Below are positions 1 to 9,033 of a stretch of DNA of 64,000 nt, in pieces (position 1 is the stretch's first letter; every line of letters begins with the position of its first letter). This DNA is from a virus. The position numbers and the translations under genes are program-made. The notes under the pieces were generated by a model. The model saw only the letters and a program-made list of their open reading frames with translations. It made no database searches and was not told the DNA's origin. The stretch is taken from IMG/VR virus record IMGVR_UViG_3300037391_000010, positions 1-64,000 of that record; one strand, written 5' to 3'.

Positions 1-31
1 AACCACAAACCACTTCTGTTCTAGGAGATTT

Positions 32-1078
32 ATGAAGAAATTGCTCATCGCATCTCTCGTGTTGGTTTCTACATACGGCTTTGCCGATGATGCCACGGAT
101 GCCTACTGTAAGTACGTGGCGGAACAGGCTATGGCTCAACGGGACATACTTCGGACACCCAACGCTGTTGTGGGACCGATTCAGCCGAGTACAGGCACGT
201 CCCCTCAGATGGTTTTTGGACTCACCAACAGCCTGTCAAACGACCGCAAGGCGGGGTTGACCATGCAAGCCGCCAAAACTCAATGTGCCCTATACATCGT
301 CGCAGCCGATGCTCAGCAGCGCATTTTCTTTGCGCTCCCCAGCCTTGAGAAGGATGTTTTACGGCATCGGTTGGCGCTAATTGACCGAGCATCCAACCAG
401 CTTGACGCCTTGATCGCCCAGAACATGAAGCTCGTTGAGGCTCAAAATTTGACGAAACCTGCGGTATATTCTTTGCAGGCCGCAAAGATGCGGCTCGACA
501 CCACACGGACTGAGGCGTTAACGGGAATTGCCTCACCTTACGTGCCCAAGCTCAGCACGACGCCTCTTCGAGAATTGGTAGGCGAAAAGCTATTGGCTGA
601 GACGAACAACCAGCGAGCCGTTAACAAACTGAATAAACAGAATAGCTGGGATGTTCAAATCGATGTTGGCGGGCATAAGCAACTCTCTCAGGCTACAACA
701 GGGAGCATGGGGGCTTACGGAGGGTTTAACCTTACCTACAATCTTGGTCGAACGGCTGCCGACAGGCATTTGGACAACTCGGTAGCGGCATACGATCAGT
801 GGAAGGCGACCCAATTCGATGACGTTGCACAACAAGCCAGCATCTTGAAACAGCAGATGGTGGAAACCGTTAAAATTCAGGAAGGGCAACTTCAGGTTTT
901 GCAGGCTCATGATGCCGACATTTCGGTCCAGCTTCAGTCATTGGAGGGGGTCGATACCGCCGCCGCTCTTTCGTTTAAGAACCAGTTACTCGCCGATCAA
1001 ATAGTTCTGGCTGTGGATGTGGATGACATTAAATTCCGCATATCGGAACTGCAACAGTACATCGCAGACAACTTCTAG
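32..1078 (+). CDS. Secreted/periplasmic coiled-coil protein of unknown function
   Basis: 348-aa ORF with AGGAG RBS, signal peptide (MKKLLIASLVLVSTYGFA) and long helical heptad-rich segments. Confidence 0.7.
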   Translation: MKKLLIASLVLVSTYGFADDATDAYCKYVAEQAMAQRDILRTPNAVVGPIQPSTGTSPQMVFGLTNSLSNDRKAGLTMQAAKTQCALYIVAADAQQRIFFALPSLEKDVLRHRLALIDRASNQLDALIAQNMKLVEAQNLTKPAVYSLQAAKMRLDTTRTEALTGIASPYVPKLSTTPLRELVGEKLLAETNNQRAVNKLNKQNSWDVQIDVGGHKQLSQATTGSMGAYGGFNLTYNLGRTAADRHLDNSVAAYDQWKATQFDDVAQQASILKQQMVETVKIQEGQLQVLQAHDADISVQLQSLEGVDTAAALSFKNQLLADQIVLAVDVDDIKFRISELQQYIADNF

Positions 1079-1087
1079 GAGAGTGAC

Positions 1088-1315
1088 ATGGATACGGCAG
1101 TAGCAAGAGTGCACGATTTTCTCAACCCCTCCGATGACCAACGAGCGACCTGCGAATGCGGGAAGGAACTCCGTTGGTGCGGCCTAAAAAAGAAGTGGTT
1201 CCACGTCCACAACCTCATGACTTTCTGCACGGGGCGGGCCTTCGACGAGAACCACAACGACGAGCCAAAGGGCCATCCAGTTTCGGATTGTGTACATACC
1301 ACCAACGTGCTATAG
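1088..1315 (+). CDS. Small Cys/His-rich hypothetical protein
   Basis: AGGAG RBS; CECGK and other C/H residues suggest Zn binding. Confidence 0.6.
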   Translation: MDTAVARVHDFLNPSDDQRATCECGKELRWCGLKKKWFHVHNLMTFCTGRAFDENHNDEPKGHPVSDCVHTTNVL

Positions 1316-1392
1316 TGGAACTGCACTGGTAGTGGTAATATTTTCATTGAACCGAAGTAATTTGACTCCCCGAGAGGGAAAAGGAAAAGAAA

Positions 1393-2943
1393 ATGAATTT
1401 CAAGCGTAACTGTTTCACCATCGTTGCAACGTTGATTCTTTCGTGTGCGTCGGCTCTCGCATGGAACTGCTCCGATCCGCTGGCTTCACGAGTGGACGTA
1501 GGGACAACCAATCCGGGCGGCTCGGCGGGTAGCGGCGACGGTCAATGGTTCCTCGGTACAGGCTCCGAGGGCATCAAAGGTGACTATTACGTTTGTCAAG
1601 TCCCCAAGAAGACCACTGGCGGCGGCACTCCGACCACCACAAACACCAACACGAACACCAACAACAACACCAACCAACAGACTCAGGGTCAGGGTCAGTC
1701 TCAAGGCCAAGGCCAATCTCAGGGACAGACCGCTAATGGCGGCTCGGCGTCCAGCACTGCCACTGGTGGAAACGCCACGGGCGGCAATGCGACTGGTGGT
1801 TCGGTAAGTGGCTCGGGCAACTCTTCGTCCAAGTCTGGCGTGTCCAACAGCGGCAACTCGACTGCAACAGGCGGTGCGGGTGGGGCTGGTGGTGCAGGTG
1901 GAGCGGGCGGTTCCGTTCAAGGTTCTGGTAACTCTACGGTCAAGAACACGAACAACGTGAACACGACTGTGGCTCCCGTAATCACTTCGACGAACAAGCT
2001 GAGCAACAGCGGCAATTCGTCCAACACGAACACCAACACCGCGAACGGCGGCACGTCCAACGCCAACGGTAACGGTTCGAACAACCAGACTTCGGCTTCG
2101 TCCAACCAGACGCAATCGAACTCTTCGACCAATGCCAACCAGTCGTCCGCTTCAAACCAAGCGAACGGCAACGGCAGCAACTCGAACAACACCACGAACA
2201 ATATCGCGGCTCCGAAGATTCCAGTGCCTACCGCGTATGCTCCGACTACCATCCCTACGTCGCCTTGTTTGAAGGGCTACGAAGCGGGTGGGCAGGGTGC
2301 AGCGTTCGGTTTCGCTCTCGGCGGCAGCAAGGTTGACAAGAACTGCCAGATGCTCGAACTGGCACGCTCTTTCGACTCCATGAACGAACGTCTGGCTGGC
2401 TGCAAGGTCAAGGTCGCCGCCGCTGAACGTATCGCGAAGAACGCTGGTGTCACGATTGAAGACTGTATGCAGCACGAGATGATCGACGCTCCTATCGCCG
2501 TCGTGCCGCCTGCTCCTCCAGTTGCTCCTCAGCCGACGTTCATTGTGATCCCACAGCAGCCGACAGCGACTCCAGTGGTGCCAGTAGTTCCCGTCCCCGT
2601 CATCACCGAGAGCATCCCTGTTGGCATCTGCACCTTTGCCAGCAAGACTCAATGCGTGCCTAAGGGCGGCGATGCGGCTCTCGTCGATCCTTCGCGTCCG
2701 ACATCGGTCTGTAAGGAAATGATCGCTGCGGCTGTGGCGGAATTGAAACTCCACCCCGGGTATGTGATCGTCCTTCGCGGGAACAAGAACCCCTCGGAAG
2801 ATGCTCTTCTGCCAGTCACTCGCGCAAATCGCGTGAAACAGCAGTTCATCACGAGCGGCGTACCTTCGGGCAAGCTCAAGACCGAAGTTGGCAACGGCGA
2901 TACTCGCACCGTCGAGATCACGCTGGTTCCGTCGTCGAACTAA
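1393..2943 (+). CDS. Secreted protein with a G/N/S/T low-complexity region and a C-terminal OmpA-like (peptidoglycan-binding-like) domain
   Basis: Signal peptide; long N/S/G/T tract; Pro/Val linker; C-terminus (VIVLRGN...RANRVKQQFITSGVPSGKL...RTVEITLVP) resembles the OmpA_C fold. Confidence 0.6.
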   Translation: MNFKRNCFTIVATLILSCASALAWNCSDPLASRVDVGTTNPGGSAGSGDGQWFLGTGSEGIKGDYYVCQVPKKTTGGGTPTTTNTNTNTNNNTNQQTQGQGQSQGQGQSQGQTANGGSASSTATGGNATGGNATGGSVSGSGNSSSKSGVSNSGNSTATGGAGGAGGAGGAGGSVQGSGNSTVKNTNNVNTTVAPVITSTNKLSNSGNSSNTNTNTANGGTSNANGNGSNNQTSASSNQTQSNSSTNANQSSASNQANGNGSNSNNTTNNIAAPKIPVPTAYAPTTIPTSPCLKGYEAGGQGAAFGFALGGSKVDKNCQMLELARSFDSMNERLAGCKVKVAAAERIAKNAGVTIEDCMQHEMIDAPIAVVPPAPPVAPQPTFIVIPQQPTATPVVPVVPVPVITESIPVGICTFASKTQCVPKGGDAALVDPSRPTSVCKEMIAAAVAELKLHPGYVIVLRGNKNPSEDALLPVTRANRVKQQFITSGVPSGKLKTEVGNGDTRTVEITLVPSSN

Positions 2944-2962
2944 TCCACCGCAGTCCCTCCCC

Positions 2963-2997
2963 AACCCCTCGCCGAAACTGGCGGGGGGTTTACTTTT
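2963..2997 (+). terminator. Intrinsic terminator
   Basis: AACCCCTCGCC-GAAACT-GGCGGGGGGTT hairpin followed by TACTTTT, just after the stop at 2943. Confidence 0.7.
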
Positions 2998-3013
2998 GTG
3001 GTACTATCGATAT

Positions 3014-3286
3014 ATGCAACGACACGACCTGAAAACATGGCCGAAGCAGTTCTGTGCCATCCTCGCAGGTAGCAAGCGGTATGAACTTCGAGTCAACGAC
3101 CGCAACTTTCAAGAAGGCGACGAGTTGATGCTGCTGGAATGGGACCCCAAGGCAGAGAAGTACACGGGGCGGCACATCCTGACGACCGTGACGTATATGA
3201 CTCGGGGAGGGGAGTTCGGGCTACCCGAAAATCTGTGCGTAATGTCGCTCCAGTTGCAGTATTGGAATATAGGAGCTACCGCGTGA
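3014..3286 (+). CDS. ASCH/PUA-like (DUF3850-type) protein
   Basis: HDLKTWP..F..I..G.KRYELR.NDRNFQEGD.L.L.EW..YTGR motif; start moved to ATG 3014, 6 nt after GG-TACTAT (leaderless). Confidence 0.8.
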   Translation: MQRHDLKTWPKQFCAILAGSKRYELRVNDRNFQEGDELMLLEWDPKAEKYTGRHILTTVTYMTRGGEFGLPENLCVMSLQLQYWNIGATA

Positions 3287-3849
3287 GAAATCGAACCAAG
3301 CAGGGCTTAATCCTCGAAAAGATTCTGCACAACCTCAAATGGCGTTGGCTGCTCTGTTGGAAAGGCAACTCTGCCGACAGTGAATGGGGTGGGGCCTACG
3401 ATTGCGCCTGCTGTATCACCTATTTCAACAACCCAGACGTAAGTGATTGCGGTTGTCCATGTCACCGTCGCATCGAGGCGATGGCGTCCACGCCCGAAAC
3501 GTTGTACTTCCTGCTGGCTCTAGAGGCTGCGGGGGAGATTCCATTCGTCCCCAAGGACTACCCCGATTGGATGACATACAATCGCAAGCTCAAGCGGGAG
3601 CACGATGTCTGGCGTAAGAACGGGAATCCTAATGCGGGCACCAAAGAAGACATCTCCAAGTGCTGTGAAGCCTGCAAGATGGTTGCTGAGATGGAAGTCC
3701 GATTCCAAGAGCACCAGAAAGACCCCAAGAACCAGTGCGGCAAGCCGTGCCACGTCTGTGACGAGGCCAATGCCGCTCACGCAGCCGAGCTAAAGGAGAT
3801 CAAACTCATCTCCAAAAAGCTTGCCCGCATGAAGAAAAAGAGAGACTAA
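3283..3849 (+). CDS. Cys-rich hypothetical protein
   Basis: GTG start overlapping the previous stop, with AGGAG RBS; CACC, CGCPCH, CCEAC and CHVC clusters. Confidence 0.6.
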   Translation: MRNRTKQGLILEKILHNLKWRWLLCWKGNSADSEWGGAYDCACCITYFNNPDVSDCGCPCHRRIEAMASTPETLYFLLALEAAGEIPFVPKDYPDWMTYNRKLKREHDVWRKNGNPNAGTKEDISKCCEACKMVAEMEVRFQEHQKDPKNQCGKPCHVCDEANAAHAAELKEIKLISKKLARMKKKRD

Positions 3850-4640
3850 TGAGCAAGCGTAAGAGCAAGCAGGCGGTTAGCCGCCCCATGGTGTTGACGG
3901 GTGCCACGAATAAGGGGATGCGGAGCTATCAGGAAGACCGCCATCTGATGATCTCTGCTGAAGAAGGCTTGATTATGGTCGTCATGGATGGTCATGGCGA
4001 TGCGGGCTGCGCTATCGAATTGGAGAGCAAATTCTGCGAGGTTTGGGATTCTGTTTTCTCTCCTGAGAAGAGCCCCGATTTTCTGTTCAAGGAACTCTTC
4101 GATAAGTTCGATACGCTGACATCTGGCATGGAGAGCGGTTCTACTATGAGCGTTGCCTTCATCCCGAAGGCCAACACGGGAAAGGAAACCAAAGTTCACG
4201 TAGCCATCCTCGGCGACTCCCCTGTGATCGTGCAGCAACCAGATGGGACATTTCATGTCAGCCCTGAACACAACGTCCGCACTAACATGGCGGAACGTGC
4301 AGCGGCTCAGGCACGCGGCGGGTACTATTCCCAGAACGGCTACATCTGCTACGGCCCTGAGGGGCACGGGTTGCAGATGAGCCGCGCTTTCGGTGACCGC
4401 GATCTAGGTAGGATTCTCTGCCGCCAGCCAGAGGTCTATACGGTTGATTTGGGTGGGTGGGTTCTGGTAGGATCGGATGGGTTGCTGTCCCCGGGGCACG
4501 ATGAGTCTGGGGTGCAGATGCTTCTCGATATCGTCAAGATGATCGAAGAGCAGGATGCCAACGCCAAGGAACTCGTCGATTATGCTGTTGCGGTGCCTAC
4601 GGGCGATAATGTAACATGTATACTATGGCGACGGTCATAG
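3849..4640 (+). CDS. PP2C-family Ser/Thr protein phosphatase
   Basis: R.YQEDR, VMDGHG, GST, LGDS, SRAFGD, GSDGL and GDNVT motifs. Confidence 0.9.
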   Translation: MSKRKSKQAVSRPMVLTGATNKGMRSYQEDRHLMISAEEGLIMVVMDGHGDAGCAIELESKFCEVWDSVFSPEKSPDFLFKELFDKFDTLTSGMESGSTMSVAFIPKANTGKETKVHVAILGDSPVIVQQPDGTFHVSPEHNVRTNMAERAAAQARGGYYSQNGYICYGPEGHGLQMSRAFGDRDLGRILCRQPEVYTVDLGGWVLVGSDGLLSPGHDESGVQMLLDIVKMIEEQDANAKELVDYAVAVPTGDNVTCILWRRS

Positions 4641-5164
4641 GGACAAAGGTCTGTTTGCAGTGCGAGCGGGAAAAGAATTTACCCGACGATTTTTGGCGGC
4701 ATAAAGGTCGGAAAGATGGGTTTGCCGAACGCTGCAAGGCGTGCTGCAAGAAGAATTACGATGATGACCCCGAGTATCATCGACAAGTCTCTCGCGATTC
4801 CCACGTTCGCCACAGGGATAAAGAAAACGCCGAGAGCAGAGCACGGTTCAAAGCTATGCTCGTGGATGAGCCCGAGCGGATTTTGTGGTACAAGGCGAAG
4901 GAACGGGCACGGGCGTTAAAGCTGCCGTTTACCCTGACGGTTGATGACCTTGTAATTCCCGAATTTTGCCCTGTTCTGGGCATCCCGTTGATCCACGGCA
5001 AAGGTAAATGGCACGCCAACTCTCCGACTGTTGATCGAAGGATTCCAGAACTAGGCTATACCAAGGGTAATGCACGAGTCATTTCATGGCGTGCGAACGA
5101 CCTGAAGAAAGATGGCACATTGGAAGAGTTTCAAAAAATCGTCGCTTACATGGAGTCGATATGA
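4625..5164 (+). CDS. HNH-type endonuclease with an N-terminal Zn finger (probable homing endonuclease)
   Basis: KVCLQC...CKAC finger; CPVLG...SPTVDR..PELGYTKGN.RVISWRAN.LK HNH-like core. Confidence 0.8.
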   Translation: MATVIGTKVCLQCEREKNLPDDFWRHKGRKDGFAERCKACCKKNYDDDPEYHRQVSRDSHVRHRDKENAESRARFKAMLVDEPERILWYKAKERARALKLPFTLTVDDLVIPEFCPVLGIPLIHGKGKWHANSPTVDRRIPELGYTKGNARVISWRANDLKKDGTLEEFQKIVAYMESI

Positions 5165-5448
5165 TTGATTGGGTCGCAGGTCTTTGGGCGTTCACGGGCA
5201 AAGAGAAGGATCGAGTGGGTAATCTCATTATTGAACCGGGGACAATTACCACCATTCACGGAAATTGGATACCGTTAGAATGTCTTCGAAAAATCGATGG
5301 TATGAAACTGACGCTTCGAACGCAAGCCCACTGGTACTTTCCTTCCTCTGGGCCGGGTCATTTCGCTCGTCCGTTCATTGTTTTTCTTCAACAACTCCGA
5401 TTATGGGCTGAAAAGTACAATTTGATTATTCTCAAGGCGGATTTCTAA
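5161..5448 (+). CDS. Hypothetical protein
   Basis: ATGA overlap with the HNH stop; fills the gap to the helicase. Confidence 0.55.
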   Translation: MIDWVAGLWAFTGKEKDRVGNLIIEPGTITTIHGNWIPLECLRKIDGMKLTLRTQAHWYFPSSGPGHFARPFIVFLQQLRLWAEKYNLIILKADF

Positions 5449-5449
5449 G

Positions 5450-7447
5450 ATGCAACTCAATGAAGAACAGACGCTCGCGGTTGAACACCCGCTGAACGAG
5501 CCCGCCTGCCTCATCGCAGGTGCGGGCAGCGGCAAGACTCGTGTGCTCACGGAGCGTGTTCGCCACTTAATGGGCAAGATGAACGTCGTTCCTAAGCGCA
5601 TTTGTGCAGTGACGTTCACCAACAAAGCCGCAGGTGAACTCCTGACCCGTTTGGGGCTCGACACAAATCAGACCCCGCATCTGAATCCTCGTGTATCCAC
5701 CATCCACTCTCTGGCCTTGTCCGCTATCCGCAAGAACCCCCCAGCTTTCAGCATCGAGGGTGAGTTCACGCTGAAACCTAAAGTTTCTCCATTGGATGAT
5801 TACGATCAGAGTCAGATGATGAAGAAGATCATCGAGCGGGGGAAAATCACGGATACTAACCCATGGCGTGTCTTGGAGAACATCTCATTTCATCGAGCCC
5901 GTGGCGTAGGCTTTATGTCGGATTACACGGAAGAGATTGCTGCGGAAGCCGAGACGATGCATGGCGGATACCATGCAATGGGTGAGACCGAGTTATGCTT
6001 GTGGAAGCTATACGAAGAAGAAAAGGCACGTAATTCGGTCGTGGACTTCGACGATATGCTGCACCTGACGGTGCGCCGATTCCGCAGAGACGCCAAGTGG
6101 CGTGGAGCTATTCAGGCGATGTGGGATCATGTCCTGATGGACGAGGCTCAGGACACAAACCCCGTACAGTGGGAGTTTGTCAACTCACTACTCGGTCCTG
6201 ACAACATGAACATCTACGTGGTCGGCGACATGAGTCAGTCGATCTACGGCTTCAACGGCGCGGTGCCCGCTATCCTGAAGGACTTCAGCGAGAACTGGCG
6301 TGGCGTCCAGCCTAAGTTGTACCGCATCGCACGCAATCACCGCAGCGGCCAAAAGATCGTGGACATGGCGAATGCCATTCAGAACAAGATGACCCGCACC
6401 ATCCCGCTCAAAATGGAAAGCTGGCGAGGGATGAACGGAGAAAAGGGTAAAATCGAGGTTATTCGCGGTACATTTTCGCGGGACATTGCAGCCGAGATTG
6501 CCCTTGAGATTTTCAAAGATAACGAAAAGTTCTTGCGGGATGCGAAAACGGTCGCCGAAGGGGGAACGCCCCGAGAGTCGGCAGCGAGACCGATCTCCTA
6601 TCGTGAAAATTGTATCCTCGTTCGAGCAGCCATCCAGATTCGTGACATTGAAGCCGAACTGGTGAAGCGCAAAATCCCGTATGTCGTGCGCGGCGGTCGG
6701 GGACTTTTACAGACCGAAGAAGTGCGCGATGTGTTGTCGTACATGCGGCTGGCGACCAACCATAGGGATTTCATGGCGTTCGTTCGTGCAGCGGGCGTGC
6801 CTCGCAGAGGGTGCGGTGAAGTTGCGTTGGAAAAGATTCGAGCCGTCGCCAATGATAAATACGACGGCGACTTGGTTACCTCAGCGGAAGGCGATAAGAA
6901 TGCCAAGATAGCGTCCTTCGGCGGCATCGTGCGACTTCTCACACAATTCAATGAAGACCCAGTTGCGCTTTTGGAACGAACGCTCGCATTGACACAGTAT
7001 ACGAATTACATTGCCGACAAGTACAAGAGGGACAAAAACAAAGTTAAGACCAAGCTCGAAAATTTAGATCGGTTCGCCCAGCTTGTCGAGGGGATGGTAG
7101 CCGACATCAAGATGACTGCCGAGGACATCATTTTCCAGCTTACGCTTGACCGTCCGAAAGATGATGACGAATCCGGTGCGGTCACCATTAGCACCATCCA
7201 CAGCGCCAAGGGGCTCGAATGGAAGCGGGTCTACGTGGCAAACGTGGTGGAAAGCTCCCTCCCCCACAAGTTCTCGATGGGGAACGAGGACGAAATCGAG
7301 GAAGAAAGACGTTTGTTTTACGTGGCTTGCACGCGAGCACGCGACTACCTCAACCTGTGTCTCCCCGCCATGTACCAGCAGCCTGACTCCCCCAATGTAA
7401 TTATGTTAAAACCCTCTAGATTTCTAGCCGAAATCAGTGTAAACTAG
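5450..7447 (+). CDS. uvrD: UvrD/PcrA/Rep superfamily 1A DNA helicase
   Basis: LNEEQ, AGAGSGKT, TFTNKAA, DEAQD, VGD..QSIYGF.GA, NHRS, STIHSAKGLEW and EEERRLFYVA.TRA motifs. Confidence 0.95.
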   Translation: MQLNEEQTLAVEHPLNEPACLIAGAGSGKTRVLTERVRHLMGKMNVVPKRICAVTFTNKAAGELLTRLGLDTNQTPHLNPRVSTIHSLALSAIRKNPPAFSIEGEFTLKPKVSPLDDYDQSQMMKKIIERGKITDTNPWRVLENISFHRARGVGFMSDYTEEIAAEAETMHGGYHAMGETELCLWKLYEEEKARNSVVDFDDMLHLTVRRFRRDAKWRGAIQAMWDHVLMDEAQDTNPVQWEFVNSLLGPDNMNIYVVGDMSQSIYGFNGAVPAILKDFSENWRGVQPKLYRIARNHRSGQKIVDMANAIQNKMTRTIPLKMESWRGMNGEKGKIEVIRGTFSRDIAAEIALEIFKDNEKFLRDAKTVAEGGTPRESAARPISYRENCILVRAAIQIRDIEAELVKRKIPYVVRGGRGLLQTEEVRDVLSYMRLATNHRDFMAFVRAAGVPRRGCGEVALEKIRAVANDKYDGDLVTSAEGDKNAKIASFGGIVRLLTQFNEDPVALLERTLALTQYTNYIADKYKRDKNKVKTKLENLDRFAQLVEGMVADIKMTAEDIIFQLTLDRPKDDDESGAVTISTIHSAKGLEWKRVYVANVVESSLPHKFSMGNEDEIEEERRLFYVACTRARDYLNLCLPAMYQQPDSPNVIMLKPSRFLAEISVN

Positions 7448-7470
7448 GTAGAATAGCACTGGAGGGGTAT

Positions 7471-7707
7471 ATGGCTACGAAAGCTAAGAAACAGCGGGCT
7501 TCCCGTCCGCAGGTCAGTCGTCTCGATTTTATTGGGACTCAGATGGCAAACTTCCTGCACGGCCTCAAGTACGACAATGGGCTACCCGCATTCAAGCGCG
7601 AGCAAGCCATCAAGTTGCAAGAACGGTGGGATTCCATCTGCGCCTTCCGCCTGAACAACCCCATCACGGCGTCGGATTTAGAAAAGGAATTGTTCCCCAA
7701 TGGCTAA
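7471..7707 (+). CDS. Hypothetical protein
   Basis: GGAGG RBS; 78 aa. Confidence 0.6.
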   Translation: MATKAKKQRASRPQVSRLDFIGTQMANFLHGLKYDNGLPAFKREQAIKLQERWDSICAFRLNNPITASDLEKELFPNG

Positions 7708-7870
7708 ATCGAAGCCCTACGTCCTCGCCGAGGAAACCACGGATGGTGTAATCCGTGAATTTTTCGTGGACACGCCTGATGGTCGAATGAGCATCAAGGT
7801 GCCGAACTTCCTTTCTTACGCTGAGCAGAAACGGCGTATCGGCGTGATGTTGGGGGCACTCAATGGATAA
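7700..7870 (+). CDS. Small hypothetical protein (56 aa, absent from the ORF track)
   Basis: MAKSKPYVLAEE...GALNG*; AAGGA RBS; overlaps both neighbours in operon fashion. Confidence 0.5.
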   Translation: MAKSKPYVLAEETTDGVIREFFVDTPDGRMSIKVPNFLSYAEQKRRIGVMLGALNG

Positions 7871-8105
7871 CCTGCGGAGCCTGTACACCAGTTGGGAAGT
7901 CTCGACCACTGAGGGGAACGATTTTTATCAAGAAGTGTCGAGGCTGCTCGAACCAATTTTCGAACGTGCCGTCGCCAAAAATATTCGCATCCGCGACCTC
8001 GCTCACACCATCAATAGTGTAGTGGGGGAATTAGAAGCGGTCCACAACCTCAAACGAAATTCCGAAGCGTACCATCGGGGGGAGAGACCAAGTGATAAAG
8101 CCTAG
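7863..8105 (+). CDS. Hypothetical protein
   Basis: 80-aa ORF coupled to its neighbours. Confidence 0.6.
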   Translation: MDNLRSLYTSWEVSTTEGNDFYQEVSRLLEPIFERAVAKNIRIRDLAHTINSVVGELEAVHNLKRNSEAYHRGERPSDKA

Positions 8106-9033
8106 CTACGGCGTCATCGTCGGACGGTTCCAAGTCAATGATCTGCATGATGGGCACATGGAATTGTTCCGTCAAGTTCGCGCACGTCATACCGCCATCA
8201 TCGTATTCGTAGGCGAGCACCCCGCAGGTTTGACGGTCGATAACCCGCTAGATTTTCCTGTACGTCAACGGATGATCCAAGCCAAATTCCCAGAGTTCAC
8301 AGTTTTGCCCCTCGCAGATCAGAGAGACGACGAAAACTGGAGTAAGAGTCTCGACAGAGCCATCGCCACTGTTACCTCTGGCGGATTCGGTGACGTAACG
8401 CTGTACGGGGGTCGTGACTCTTTCGTGCCTCACTATTCGGGACGCTATAAACCCGTCGATCTAGTCCTCCCTCTTGAAACCCAGAAAATCACTGGTACGG
8501 ATATCCGCAAAGAATTCTCGAATAAGGTCATCGAGTCGCCAGAATTCCGTGCGGGCATGATTTACGCCGCCTCCCATCTATGGCCTCAGCTTCTCCCGTG
8601 CGTGGACATTGCGATCCTGAGTAGCGACAGAACCGAAGTATTGTTGGGTCGCAAGCCGGGTGAGAACAAGTTTCGCTTCATTGGCGGTCACGCCGAGAAG
8701 AGGCACGGCAGCTACGAAGCTGGCGCACGCTCGGAGACACTGGAAGAAGCTGGGCTCGATCCGAACGCCATGGAATACATTGGCTCGGCGGTTATCCCCG
8801 ACTGGCGATATCGCACTTCCGACCGAGGCATCATGACCGCGTTCTTCGCAACCACCACAATGAGCATGGCCGCGACTGCTGGCGATGACATCGAAGAAGT
8901 AGCGTGGTTCGATCTCGACAAACTTACGACATTCCAGATGATCGAGGAGCACATGGAACTCCTCATCATGCTGCAAAAATATCTCAAGGAGGCTCTCAAT
9001 GCCAAGACCATTCAAGCCGCGTCCACTACATAA
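8092..9033 (+). CDS. nadM: Bifunctional NMN adenylyltransferase / Nudix hydrolase (NadM-Nudix)
   Basis: VGRFQ...HDGH (HxGH), NPL.F..R, GRDSF and TGT.IR; C-terminal Nudix box GGHAE....EAGARSETLEEAGL. Confidence 0.9.
   Translation: MIKPSYGVIVGRFQVNDLHDGHMELFRQVRARHTAIIVFVGEHPAGLTVDNPLDFPVRQRMIQAKFPEFTVLPLADQRDDENWSKSLDRAIATVTSGGFGDVTLYGGRDSFVPHYSGRYKPVDLVLPLETQKITGTDIRKEFSNKVIESPEFRAGMIYAASHLWPQLLPCVDIAILSSDRTEVLLGRKPGENKFRFIGGHAEKRHGSYEAGARSETLEEAGLDPNAMEYIGSAVIPDWRYRTSDRGIMTAFFATTTMSMAATAGDDIEEVAWFDLDKLTTFQMIEEHMELLIMLQKYLKEALNAKTIQAASTT

Noticed and set aside
1620-2200. DNA-level tandem repeat in the N/S/G/T-rich region
   Set aside because: The repetition is at the amino-acid composition level with varied codons, not a nucleotide repeat element
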